A stretch of DNA of 63,822 nucleotides, counting the filler, from Octopus bimaculoides (taxonomy: Eukaryota), in NCBI RefSeq assembly GCF_001194135.2. It is 9 parts of 8 records of this genome, joined end to end, with 100 filler letters (N's around TTAATTAATTAA, not from the genome) between each part and the next. Parts side by side here need not be neighbours in the genome. Positions count along the whole stretch, not along the records: positions 1 to 18,199 come from NC_068981.1; 8 more parts are not named here. One strand, written 5' to 3'. Positions 1 to 13,297 of this stretch are shown piece after piece. Below the pieces are notes generated by a model. The model did not search any database. It was not told where the DNA came from and saw nothing but the letters and a program-made list of their open reading frames with translations. The position numbers and the translations under genes are program-made. How positions within the stretch are numbered: position 1 is the stretch's first letter; every line of letters begins with the position of its first letter.

Positions 1-1770
1 TTTTTTTTTTTTTTTTTTTTTTTTGCATTCTAGAAAAATCGCATGTTCTCTGGTGTTTACTCATTAACAATTTATTGCGTAATATTTTGCACAATTTGAT
101 TTTTCTAATTGCATTACGGTTTTCTTTGGGTGGAAACTTAGTCACGCTATACTAACACCCACCCCACCCCAATCTATAAGAAAATTGCCTTACATGAAAC
201 TAGTCCGTGATGTAAAATAGGTTGGTGACTGATGATCTACGAGATCTCGTTACTAAAGAAGGGATTTTATTTTTGGGAGGTGGACTGTAGCCGGAGCTCA
301 TTCCCAGGATTTACTACGTACGATAAGTGGTTGGAGGAAACAGGTATCGATGTGTTAGAAGGTTCAGGATTTAATAAGTAGAAAATGAGGCCACTCGTAA
401 GAGGGGCGAGTGGTTCCATTTCCATTTTATCCTTTTCATGTCTTCATAAGTTATAACATTCATTTTATTTTTTTTGTATATGTTTTATGTCCCACATGTT
501 TTGTTTGTCACCTCTATGTTTAGCCCCCGGTGGGCAATAAAGAAATTGAGATCTCGTTACTAAAGAAGGCCAGGTATCACGAAAGCATAATAGTCGGTGT
601 AAGAGTGCATGAAAACGATGAGGTAGCGTTTTCTTCAGCTGAAGATAAGAGAATTCTCTCTCCGACAGAAGGCAGGTTATATGGGGTTTTGCACACGATG
701 TGTGATGGTGCCTGAGCATTGAATGCGAGAGTTGCACGAAAATAAGAAAGAAATGAAGAGCATGCTCCACTGGATGTGAATTGTTAGAGAGATATGAACC
801 GGACATAAAAGGAATTAGAAGTAACGTACTAGAGAGAAGACTGCACTGGTTTGGACATATAAGGAGAATGGCGGGATGACAGTTGGGTAAAGAAGGAAGA
901 ACGAAGAAGACAAGAAAGAAGTGGTTGGAGGTTGATATTAAGATGTCGGACATTACGTAGGAGAGAAAAGATAGCAGCAAAAGACGAAATGTTGTGAAAG
1001 AGAATACGTCGAACCCATACCAGTATGGAAAATAGTGGAATCGTCCTTATGGTCTTTAAAACTTAAGTAAGATCTGCGTGGATTGAAGCGTTCCACTCGA
1101 CTTGCTGTATTTAAATGTCATTAGGGTTTTCGCTTCGTCGTTGATTATATCGTATGTATTCGTTGGGTGTATCTTCTCACTATATTGCTTAATTGCAATC
1201 TTTGGAAAATGTTCCTTCCTATTTATTTCGATTTAATAACTTTGCATAGGTATATTGCTTGTCTATATGAAGGGTTGATGAATGTTTGCTTTATGAATTT
1301 TGAAAGGTGTTATAGTAATTTTTACATTTTATATTTTTGTAACTTTAATAAAATCCATTTCGAATTCTTTCAGGTTCTTATGTCATAGAGTATTCCTGTT
1401 GGATTTGAAACCAGATTCTTTTTCTTTGAGAGCAAGGGTACATTGTTAGGGCTTACGCCAAAGAAGAACGTCTTACATTACGTTCTTCTAAGTAAGTTAG
1501 ATTCTTTTTTTTTTTGTAAAAGAAGTTCCAAGTAAAGATGTACTTGCACTATTGTAATGTTTTTCACTGAGTGTACTGTCGGCTGTTTTCTTTTCTAGCA
1601 CTTATAATTTCTGGGGAGTGGGGTGTATTACTCAAACCATTGTTTATTTGTTTATAAATAACAACAACAAAACTCGTAATTAGTACACATAATCTCCTTT
1701 TAAGTTCGATTATAATCTAAAAACAACAAGGGAAATAATTTTAATAAAATCAAGTAACTGAAGTTCTTTG
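1..1770 (-). mobile_element. Degenerate L1/Tx1-like LINE, C-terminal part of ORF2, ending in a poly(A) tract (poly-T 1-24 on +)
   Basis: Minus-strand translations give FSYLQLKKTL (L1-type F-x-YLQ motif), ILVWVRRIL, WKWNHSPLLRV..F...LNLLTHRYL and C**VNTREHAIFLEC (zf-RVT-like CCHC knuckle) just before the poly(A). There are many stops and frameshifts, and the 5' boundary is approximate. Confidence 0.55.
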
Positions 1771-1774
1771 GAAA

Positions 1775-2955
1775 CTATCCATTCATCTACCCATTTTCTC
1801 CGTCCACTTTTCCTGAAAGAGTCGTGGAGGTAGAGTATTCAGGCACCTCTTCCATAAGGTCCTATCAAAAGCAGCTGTCTTTACACTTCTCGGTTGGATC
1901 CCAAGCATGACCAACTGAGACTATGGATAATATCTAGCCATCTCGTTCTTGCTCTAAACACAAATCTTCTTTTTGCTCTAAATCCAAATCTTCTTCCTGG
2001 TCAGTTTGAAAAACCCATTTTGCGATTCTTTCCTGCAACATTCTACTCACATGTCCGTAGTACCAGAGCTATGGCTTCTCAATGTGGAGAAGTTGCGGTT
2101 CGACCTGATGAAACTTCTTGATTTCCGAGTTATGCATTCTGTCATGAAATGTTACTCTAGAGACATTTTGTAGAAACCCCACTTCGGCCGCTTGTGTTAG
2201 CGATCGTACATTTTCAGTCGATATTCAGTATTCATGACCATTGGTGAGGATAGGCACGGAAACCGAAATATAGATGGCAAGTTTGATTTTTCTTTTACCA
2301 ACGTCTTCTCTTCTGAGGATCGAATGCTGAAGCTGACGCATAACTATACCAGCACCTGTAATTCTAGCATCCAATCCAGCCTCCCGTTTACCTTCACTCG
2401 TGAATACGGCCCTGAAGTACTTAAACGTCTTCACTTATCTCAGTGACGTTCCACTTGCATTTCTTGAGAAGACAATGTCTTAATCTTCGCAATACTAATT
2501 CTCACTTCTGTCTTGCAGCACCCGGCAGCGAACCCATTCTGTGCCAGCTGGAGACCATTTTCTAATGAATCCAAATAGCACCATTCATCTACAAAAATCA
2601 TCCGACTGCTTCTGCTCCTACCGATTGTGATATCTCTTCCACAACTGTTGCGTGTGTTAATCCAGTTCATAAAAATTATGATAAGGAGAGGTGACAAAAT
2701 CCACCCCAGTAAAAATTCAACATCTACGTTGAAAGATTTCGACTTGGCACCATCTACAGCAACACAAACATCTCGGCATTTGTATAGGGACGTCACGACA
2801 ATCGGAAGCCGCCCGTTAATCCCAAACAATGCAGCTCAACATATGGAAAATATATTTGCAACGCAGGAGTGGATCTGTTTGTTCAACCAAATGTCGAAAG
2901 CAATGGATATGTTTTGGTCTTTCTCGAAGAGTACCCAATTCAGTTGGCCACACTG
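1775..2955 (-). mobile_element. 5'-truncated RTE-clade LINE (Rex3/Expander-like), RT and C-terminus, decayed
   Basis: ORF track: LSPLLIIIFMNWI, MIFVDE (decayed FADD), FKYFRAVFTSEG...ARI...VPILTNGHE. Hand translation gives TENVRSLTQAAEVGFL. The 3' end reads GAGAAAATGGGTAGATGAATGGAT, like the (GATG)n tail of Rex3. Confidence 0.85.
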
Positions 2956-3499
2956 ATAATGATAAAATATATATGGAAAATGGAGGAATGCTGTGACGCT
3001 GATTATAGAAATAAAATATATGGCCGGGAAAAAATATGTTTAGGATATATTTTAATTTCTAAAAGCAATTTCACTGCAATGGAGAAAAAAAATTTCTCTT
3101 ACAATAAACAGTGTAAAGATGCCATTATCAGCTGAAATCGTCCTCTGTGACCAACTAGATGCACATTTTTGACTCCCACCTGTCTTAGTAGCGGATATGA
3201 GCTGACAGAAAGCCTTAACTTTATAATAAATCAGTAAATACTAGTTACTGATTTGTGCTTGAAGATCGTCTGGTCTGTTGAAATATATAAGTATTGGCAA
3301 ATAAGCAAAGTTTAGGTAAGGTGAAATATGTATGGAACACAGCGAGCGCTTTTAGCTGATAATGTTGTCTTGACACATTTAACCATTGTTTATTTTCCAG
3401 CAAATCTTCACACTAATACTTATGTATATAGTGTATCAAAAGGATGACATGTCCTTCCCAAAATATAGGCTTATAAGGCCGGCTTGCAAAATTTTGTGG

Positions 3500-3688
3500 T
3501 GCATATATTCCCTGCCCCAGGACAGGATGCTGGTCTGTTGCAGGGTTACACATTTTTGCCAGCTGATTGGACTGCACTAACGTGAAAGGACGTGTTTTAA
3601 CAAGAACACTACGCATAGCCCTGTCCAGGAATCGAAACCACAATCTTACGATCACAAGTGCAATACCTTAACCACTAAGCCACACGAC
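3500..3688 (-). mobile_element. tRNA-derived SINE (family A)
   Basis: The reverse complement has A-box TGGCTTAGTGG and B-box GTTTCGATTCC, followed by a body shared with 12468-12790. Confidence 0.8.
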
Positions 3689-3691
3689 TCT

Positions 3692-3692
3692 A

Positions 3693-3762
<70 letters not shown>
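3692..3762. repeat. (TATC)n microsatellite
   Basis: Seen directly. Similar tracts occur at 4975-5050 and 18770-19010. Confidence 0.95.
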
Positions 3763-4372
3763 GGATATATGTGGACTGGTTTCTGGTTTGATACAACAAT
3801 CTTATCTTCTTAAGCACATCTTAACCCTTTGAAACACCTTCCCAATCCGCCATGTTGGAATCTGCTGGCGTCCTGAATTGCTTAGCGGCAGTGTTAATTT
3901 TTTTATGGTCCAAATGAGATTTTAACTCTCATTTCTAGCGGGTAGACACTTCAATGTGTCCTTATGATTAATATATATATAATCAAATTCAGGAAGAGAA
4001 ATAAAAATATTCATTGCATATATTTACAGCTGTTTCGCAATACGTATTCAGTTACAACATCGACGCTAAAGCGCCTAACAATGATACAAGTATAAATATA
4101 AAGTTAACTCTAGAGACATGTTTAATGCACATAAAATGTTCTGCTCCTTAGGTTACCATGCAACTATACGTGTACATCAATATGAATACTTATATGTTTA
4201 TAGAGTGATTTAGCGTTAATGATGTAACTGAATATGGATTACGAAATTCACTTCTGAATTTGATTAATTATATAAACTCTACCATTGGGGTTCCCTGACT
4301 TTCAGAGACACGATGACGTTAAATTATCGCCTAAACTCTTCTACTGTCTTCACGAGAGGCCTTAAGCCAAAA

Positions 4373-4446
4373 GGTTTTGGTATCTGATGATACGCCATAA
4401 AGCTAAGCCTTTTATGGGCGTGAAACCTAAAGTAATCCTATAAACC
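4373..4446 (+). ncRNA. Minimal type-I hammerhead ribozyme motif (Penelope pLTR-like)
   Basis: CTGATGA at 4384-4390; stem II ACGCC-ATAAAG / CTTTTATG-GGCGT; GAAAC-CTAAA-GTA at 4422-4434; imperfect stem I GGTTTTGGTAT / ATCCTATAAACC. Confidence 0.65.
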
Positions 4447-4957
4447 GGCCTTATCTAACTTTAATATATATATATATTAGAAAAAATAACAAGGTACTCA
4501 GAGATCTGGATGGTTGTACATTTACAGATTTTTATTAATATGTCACATGTCTTTATAAATCATATATTAGCGCTTGCATCTACTCTAATAAATTCTTCAG
4601 ATTTCTCACTCTCTCTCTCACTCTTGTTGCCTCCCTTTTTCTTTGTTTGTTTGTTTGTCCCTCGACATGTGTATCAGTGCAATTAGCGGCTAAGATACTT
4701 TCCCTATATCTTTGCATTTCGTTGAAACACTGACAGGCCGTTTAATTAGTTGAACACTACACAAAAACGTGTAATAAAGTTAAACTATCTATGGTCAAGT
4801 TTTATATAGTCTATATAGATAGTCTATATAGTTTATACAGATAACTGCATGTAGAAATTTATTGTTTAATGATGAAGGGGATTTTCTCTCATTAATCCTT
4901 TTAGATAGAATTTACTGCGAGTGATTACCTAACAAACGTGAATATGCATTTCTCTCC

Positions 4958-4994
<37 letters not shown>

Positions 4995-4995
4995 C

Positions 4996-5049
<54 letters not shown>

Positions 5050-5199
5050 GTCTGTCCCTCTGTCTGTCTGTCTATACATACATGCATACATACATATAGG
5101 TAAAATTCTTTTTGGGAACACTGGATCTCGAAGCATATAAATCTATAAATAATAGCAGGTGAATATTGAGTTTCTTGAGTGTCTACTAAACCGCTTTAG

Positions 5200-5304
5200 T
5201 TAGAAAATGCTGAAGACTGCTCGTGGAATACGAACCCAAGTCTCCTGTAGACGGAAACTCAGAGTAACGGTTTTTTTGTTATATTTCTGCTGCTTTTAAA
5301 TAAA

Positions 5305-5310
<6 letters not shown>
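5200..5310 (+). ncRNA. Degenerate hammerhead motif within a pLTR-like repeat (same family as 51124-51285)
   Basis: CTGAAGA at 5210-5216 ... GAAACTCAGAGTA at 5254-5266, then AC.GTTTTT.GT.ATATTT.TGCTG.TTTT.AATAAAG as in the 51241-51285 copy. Stems I and II pair poorly. Confidence 0.5.
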
Positions 5311-5348
<38 letters not shown>

Positions 5349-5431
5349 AAATAGTAAATGAGTATATGCATATATACGTACAGGTATGTGCATACCGACA
5401 TCCAATATATATATATATATACGCACACACG

Positions 5432-5483
<52 letters not shown>

Positions 5484-6327
5484 GCGAAAGAGAGAGAGAG
5501 AAAGAGAGAAAGAGAGAAAGAAAGATAGAGAACAGAAAGGAGGGGGTGCATGTACTGCTTATTATGTGTATATGGATATCTACGAAGGAGTATAAATTTG
5601 TGAGTATATACGTAGGTGTATATATGTGGGTGTATATTTATGAGTGTATAGTTGTGATAATGTGAGTGTGTGTGTGTGTGTGTTCATAGTAGGTGTATGA
5701 ACGTGAGCATGCATGAAAGAGAATGAGAGAGAAAATGAGACAGAGAAAGCGAGATCATAGAAGAGCAGGAGGAACGAATATCTTATATGTCGCGTATTAA
5801 ATTGAACGTGGAAAACGAAAAAAAAAACCACAGAAAATGTAATAGTGTGTTGTATGTGTGTGTTTGTGTCAGTGTCTGTGTGTGTTTGTGTGTGCGCGGG
5901 CATGCGTTTGAGTGTGTCTGAGCGTGACCACAAAGTGTGATAAAGGAAGTATGAAAGAACGAAAAGAAACAATATTCCATATATTGAATTTGTCTGATTG
6001 TGGATACGTGAGTGAGGGAGGGAGTGAGAGAAGGAGAGAAAGAGAGAAAGAGAGAGAGAGAGAGTGTTTGTGTGTGTGTGTGTGTGTGTGTATTTGACCG
6101 AATATCCATGAAAGAGAGAGAGAGAGAGAAACACAGAAAGAGAGAGAGAGAAAAGAGCGTGAAGAATAGAAATGATGAGTGAAAAAAAAAGTGTGTGTGT
6201 AAATGTATATGATAGTGAAAGAAAGTAGTGGATTATGATAAAGGAACAACATCCATGTATATGTTTATCTGACTGGATATGTGTGTGTGTGGGTGTGTGC
6301 GTGTGTATGCGTGTGTGTGCGTGCGTG

Positions 6328-6365
<38 letters not shown>

Positions 6366-6474
6366 GTAATTTTGACTGATTATGTACGAATGATAAAGAC
6401 ACACAGACATTTGAAAAGAATGGAAGAAAAAACGAGTGAATGAGAAATATTGAGTGGAGCTCTGTGTGTGTGTT

Positions 6475-6530
<56 letters not shown>

Positions 6531-6849
6531 CGTGCGTGTGTGTGCGTGCAGCTATTTGTCAGGCAACAAGGATAACAACAGTTGTTTTCGCAGCGTTGAG
6601 GCTGGCAACACTGTAGAAGACATTGATTGCCATCTTTGGTTGAACGAACCCTGTACATATACACACAAACAAACTCATACGAGTGTTGCTGCTCACTCAC
6701 ACTCCTATGCAAGCAAAACAATCACGCGCGAACAGTCAAGCATCTGCACACGTGCATATACATATTCAAATACATATGTATAGATTTATCTATGTGTGTA
6801 TATGTGTGTGTATGTGTTTGTACGTGCGTGTAATGATAGTGCAGATGAT

Positions 6850-6893
<44 letters not shown>

Positions 6894-7168
6894 GCGCACA
6901 CACAAACACATAAACAACCCCTGCATAAATATACAATATACTCACCCAAAACGCATACGTACACCCACAAACTCAGCACACGCACAAACAAACGCCGAAC
7001 TTTCATGCATATACATACACACACACACAAAGTCAGTATAAACATATTAAACCTCACATACACACACACACACACAACACGTACGCACAGTCATACAAAT
7101 CTACTCTCATATATATAGTAGTGCACAAACAGCCACATACAACTACACATACGCGGGCGCCCTCTCTG

Positions 7169-7201
<33 letters not shown>

Positions 7202-7287
7202 CTCTCTCTCTCACGCACACATGCACACGCACGCACAAACGTTAATACGAACACATCGCTGCATGCATACTCTGTCTAATTCTCAGA

Positions 7288-7323
<36 letters not shown>

Positions 7324-7802
7324 CGAGCGCATAGTTAGATGTGTACACTTACACATTCACTCACACAGCAAAAATCACATACACTAACAATCACCTGTAT
7401 ATATTATACACACTAAAAGAAGTACATGTATCTGCGCACCCACACTAATAGACACACTCACATACACAGTCACCTTTGCAGCAGAAATGCTGATGCTTGT
7501 ATGAAGATTACACCCATACACATATATACAAAACACACACACACACATAAAGACTGTTACACCCACTTTCTCTTTCACTGCGTCTCTCTCTCTGTATCTC
7601 TTATACGCGCACGCGCGCGCTTATGTATTAAGACACAAACACGTTTATTTCTCATTCTTCCACGTCAATTCTTTTCTTTCTATCCCACCTTCTAGAAGCT
7701 ATCATCTCCACCATAAGAAAACAATACATACACACCTCGTTCACTCTTTAGTCGCTCATCCAGCTTCCACTTCTCGCGTTTGTCTTTCATTCCCATCCGC
7801 CT

Positions 7803-7840
<38 letters not shown>

Positions 7841-8566
7841 CCCTCCTCTTCATATTATCCCTTTCAAATTTGATTTTCACCCCCACCGCCTCTTTGATTC
7901 TCTTTTCATTTCTCTTCACCTTTTGTCTTATTTTCTTTTGTCTGTCCCATCTCTCTCCCCCTCTCTGTCTCCCTCATTTGTCGCTCATCAGCTTTTCGTA
8001 CTCTTACCCTTTCTTTTACCCTCCTCCATTCTTCATCCTCTCCTCCTACTCCTTTATAATTACATTCCGTTTGTTTTCTTACTTTTTCCTCTCTCTTTCC
8101 TCATCCATCCACCTCTCTTTCCTGAATAACCTTTATGTTAATTAGATGCTTTGATTTCATACAGTTTATGTATCATTTTTTCATGATTTTTACTATATTT
8201 TTTATACACTGTTATAAATTTACATGTTTTTTTTTAAAAAACATTATACTATCCTATATATTTCATATCATATCATTTACACTACTCTATATTATATTAA
8301 TTTATATTATTTATATTTTTACCATTCCCTATATTTTTCTCTCTACATTATTTTACATTGCATTTATATTTCATAAAATATTCTTAACTTTTAATTGCAT
8401 TAATTTTATATTATAATTTTTTCATATTATATTTTCCACATGTATAGTTCTTAATAATAAAATTATTTTCGTATATTAACATTATATAAATATTTTGCGT
8501 CACGGCAATTATGTATTATTTTCTAGTATTTTAATTGCGTAATTTTATTTCGTTTTTACATTCCAT

Positions 8567-8597
<31 letters not shown>

Positions 8598-9057
8598 AAC
8601 ATATTCTGTTACATAATAATAACTCATTGGATATTTTACATAAATTAGTTTTTGTATTTTATGTAATATTTGAATGCAATGCGCCATACCATTGAAAAAT
8701 AGATGCAACAGTTGCAATCCTCCGCTTTATCTATGTAGATTCGCTTGGAAGATGGGAATAGAGAGAACAGAATATCATATATACTTATATAGAGAAGTGT
8801 TGATGGCTGAGATGATGAGACGAACACACACATACACACACACACACACGTATGTACATTAATACGTGTATATTAAGTATATGTGTGTATTGAAAACAAA
8901 AGAAGAGTTAGTTCTGAAATACACGTACATATTTCAGTAATACGTACAATACATACTTGTATCTATAACAGATACAGTATATATATATATATGTGTGTGT
9001 GTGTACCTGTGTATAGACATGTGTATGTATATACACACCAATAGACGTATGCTTGTG

Positions 9058-9111
<54 letters not shown>

Positions 9112-9290
9112 CACAGAGAGAGACGTAATGGAGAGATAAAATGAACTCACACACGCATACCTCCGTACATACATAGATACATATTGCTCACACACTCGTG
9201 TATACAGGTACAGAAGCACATCAAACACATATATTTAACCTTGCACGTTGTTCATCCACTTGTTCTCACTACACAAAGACGTACGCGCGT

Positions 9291-9338
<48 letters not shown>

Positions 9339-9897
9339 TTCATGTCACTTACGCAACACATTTACATACATAAGATGCATAATACACCAGCTTCGACACA
9401 ACTAGTTAATCACATACACATACATATACATAATACTGATTACAAAACCGAAACACATATCTGTGTATATATATATATATTATGTGTAATACACAAATGA
9501 ATAGATTGAAAAGCATAACGGTAAATAGATTCACAAAAGCAGTGCGCACACACCAACAAAAACTCTCACACACACACAGATCTATGTATAGTAAGGTACA
9601 TAAATATAGTCAGTCACACGCGCGCATACACACACACACACCTTCAGTAACTTTACATACGCGTACATTCAACCATATACGTAGAAATATAATGATAATG
9701 GTGAGTCAAGTGGAAGACAGGTGTGAAGATGTACGTATGTGTGTGTTTGTGTGCGTGTGAGAGTTTGTGTGTGGGGGGTATTTGAGTCTGAGAGTTTGTG
9801 TGTGTGTGTGAGCATGGTGGGATTTATGTGTCTCAATTCTAGTGTATGGATACGTTATCGTTTCTATGTGTGACAGCTGACGACTATGAGTGAGCAA

Positions 9898-9930
<33 letters not shown>

Positions 9931-10240
9931 CAACGCAGTGTCTGTGGGTACGTATATGTTTCTGATTTCATATCTGCGTGCGCGCATGCGTGTGTGTGTG
10001 TGAATAAGCGTGTTTGTGTATCTATATTAGTATGTATGACTGCATGTTTGTATGTAAGCATGTATTATTTGATGCATATAAGTATGTGCTCTTATATACG
10101 TGTTAATGTTTTTGTAGCATGTGTTGGTGAGTGTGAGTGTATTGTTTATATGTGTATGTCTATACGTGTTGTATCGCCTGTACGAGTGTCGTTTGTATGT
10201 CTATTCGTGTATGTGTGTGTTTGTATGTATGAGTGTTAGT
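5305..10240. repeat. About 5 kb of mixed and decayed microsatellite/low-complexity DNA: (TA)n, (CA)n, (GA)n, (TG)n, plus an AT-rich tract at 8150-8650
   Basis: Seen directly. The ORFs here are poly-IY, HT, CV and SL translations. Confidence 0.9.
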
Positions 10241-11321
10241 AGATATGTTAAAGAAAATAAACAAAATGACCGTTTTATATAGAGGAATAAGTGAGCAAAA
10301 TAATAATATCCCTAAAATATGAAGAAAATAGGTAATCATTGTGCTAAAGGACGAATTGTTGAAAAGAAAGGATAATGAAGAGATTAAAAGAAGATTAAAA
10401 ACTGGTAAGGAAAAATATGAAGGCGAGATTGAAAGAAAGATGGTGGAAAAGAAATAATAGAAAAGAAAGGAATTGAGAAAAAGATAAACGAAAGTACGAA
10501 ATACGATGAAAATGAAAACAGAAATAAAATAGGTGCACAAGAACGTACTATGATATATGGGGGAAAATTGGAAGAAAAGAACATTGGTAGAATAGAAGAA
10601 TTGGTAAACAAATATGAAATTAAAAATGAAGTAAAAGCTTGAATTGGAAAAAGGGAAACGAACGTGAGGAAGATTATTTAGAATAGATGAAAAGACAAAC
10701 TAACGACGAAATAAAAATCTGTATAGTTAAATGAGATGGCGAAATCTCTTATTTCTTTTCAAGAAAAGCAAAACTGAGTCAATGAAGAAATGAGAGTGGG
10801 GGGTGGGGAGAGGAATAGTGAATAAAAGCGATTGAGAGTAAGAAAGAAAGAACGAGAGAAGCTGACATAAAATTATCAGAGGATCACGAAATAACATGTA
10901 AACGGATGAATGGGAAGAAGGGATTAATGATGGTGAAGTGGAGAAATAAAATAAGGCAGACGATAGAAATAAAATAAGGCAGACGATAGAAATAAAATAA
11001 AAGGAAGAGTAGAAAAAGTGATGTAGGAATATATATGAAAGAGAAAATATTTAAATGATGAAGGATAGGAAGGAAAAGAATTATGGAAAATGAAAACAAG
11101 ATTCGATGGTAGGATGAATGGAAGGAAGGAAGGAAAGTATTGTATGAATCTTGGAAGCTGTAAATGATGTAGGACTACGAAAGATAATGTGTGGTAGTAG
11201 GCAGTGTAGTGTAAACAGTTGACACACAGTCTAGAAGGTGAGATAGATAAATAGATAAATACTTGGAAATGGATGCGTTGCGTTCAATTAAATAATAATA
11301 TAAATAATAAATATATATATA

Positions 11322-11330
<9 letters not shown>
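10240..11330 (+). repeat. Purine-rich unclassified interspersed repeat; its 3' end is shared with 57850-58500
   Basis: Both strongly A/G-skewed tracts end in ACTTGGAAATGGATGCGT.G.GTTCAATTAAATAAT.ATATAAATAAT (11261 and 58446), followed by (TA)n. Confidence 0.55.
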
Positions 11331-11359
<29 letters not shown>

Positions 11360-11423
11360 CTGTTAGATTTTAATTAGTGTATTTACCAATTGTAACGGGT
11401 AAGATTTGTTAGGTACACACTAC

Positions 11424-11475
<52 letters not shown>

Positions 11476-11496
11476 GTGCATATATGGGTACAGGAG

Positions 11497-11531
<35 letters not shown>

Positions 11532-12467
11532 CACATAGAGAGGGAGAGAGAGAGAGGGGGGAGCGAAGAGAGCGCGTGTGTGTGTAACCGTTACAGAAAT
11601 AACAACGAAGAAGCCGCTCAGTGGTGCTAGAAATAGCAGTGATATCTCCCTCAAATTACTCTGTGCCATTATAGACGCAGTCAATCCTAAACACTCTTTA
11701 ACATGACGCGATAGTCATAGATGAAATGTCTTAGATCATAGGCCTGTCTAATCAGGGTTGACCCGGAGCTAAACAATTACTAACAGAGTAGCTTAGACAC
11801 AGCAGGTGTCAAATTTTCCTTAAGCCACATCCTATTGTCATAGAAGAAGAAGAAAAAAAACATTCTATGTAATCCTCGATATATAAAAATATAGGATGGA
11901 ATATCTTTGATCATATATGTGTTTGATCAGAGAAGACTTGAAGCTAAATCTACTACAACTACCGAAATCTCTACTTCGGAATAGTAGCCAAATTTCCCTC
12001 TAATCGTACTGTATTGTGTTATAAATAATTCTTCGTTTCCTTCACCTCCATAGTCAAAACTGATTTCGATGGACCATCACACCATATGTCCATTTCTTCT
12101 AACAATATTACCCTAAATCAGCCGTCAACGTTGGTCACCGCCACATCTTCGCCATTGACTGCTCCTCCGCTTTTCTTCTTAAACCCGACTCATCATCAAC
12201 TGCCTTCTTTTCCTCCTCATCTTCCATTCTGTCACCTGACCTCTCTAACGTACCGTCCTACATATCTATGTCTTCCCATCCAATCTCAATCCTCACTCTT
12301 TTCCAGAACATTTCCCTTCTTGCAGATGCAACTGCAATCTGGATGACCCTTTGGTTTACTGTTTCTTCACCTTCGCCATACTCAACTTGGATAATTCGCT
12401 GCTCCAGCTCCCATTGCAATACTAGTCACTTTGTCTATAGCGACTCTGATACTCTAGCCACTGATCC

Positions 12468-12790
12468 ATGCGACTACCAATCATAAAGTAGTGAGTTCGA
12501 TTCCCGGACCGGGCTGTGTATTGTGTTATTGAGCAAGACACACTTTATTTCACGTTGCATCAGTTCACTCAACTGTAGAAATGAGTTGCGACATCTCTGG
12601 TGCCAAGCTGTATCGGCCTTTGCTTTTCTCTTGAATAACATCGGTGGCGTGGAGAGGGGAGGCTGGTATGCATGGGCGACTACTGGTCTTCCATAAACAG
12701 CCTTGCCCGGACTTGTGCCTTGGAGGGAAACTTTCCAGGTGCAATTCCATGGTCATTCATGACTGAAGGAGGCTTTTATCTTTTTACCCT
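12468..12790 (+). mobile_element. tRNA-derived SINE (family A), near full length
   Basis: B-box GAGTTCGATTCCC, followed by a body matching the reverse complement of 3500-3688. Confidence 0.8.
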
Positions 12791-13297
12791 GTCCATAGCA
12801 CTTCCATACTATATGCACTTCGATCATCTTTCCATATAACGGATCACTTCACTTGCACTTCCAATATGCCCTTTACTTTATTTATTGCCGAATCTGTGGT
12901 GTACAGAGCTGATCATTTTAGGGAGCATTTGCTGAAACTCGGACGCATGAATATCGGCATTTGTGATCTACCACATCAATTTTCTAGGTCAATTTTCCGA
13001 AAAAGGATTATTTCACGTTCTCTCGAAAGTTTATAAATTCTTATGACGTGTGTGTATGTGTGTGTGTGTGTGTGCGCGCGCGCGAGTGCGGTCGCATATG
13101 TATGCATTTGTGTATACATACATACATGCATATATGTTATATTTAAAGTGGAAAAGAGCTGAAAGAAATTGAAAGTTTGGCAGAGGGCAGCTAACTGAAA
13201 ATTGTTTTTAATATTATAAGTGAAAAGTTATGTGGAAGTTCAGATCTTATGCCTACGCGCGCGCAAATACTCTTTCTTTGTACTCTGACTTTATATA

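Noticed and set aside
5279-10540. Dozens of 60-270 aa ORFs rich in IY, HT, CV and SL dipeptides
   Set aside because: They are translations of dinucleotide microsatellites, which lack stop codons in some frames.
12090-12465. Possible RTE-like C-terminal remnant on the minus strand
   Set aside because: Only a vague resemblance to the LRW.GHV.RM motif; too decayed to call.
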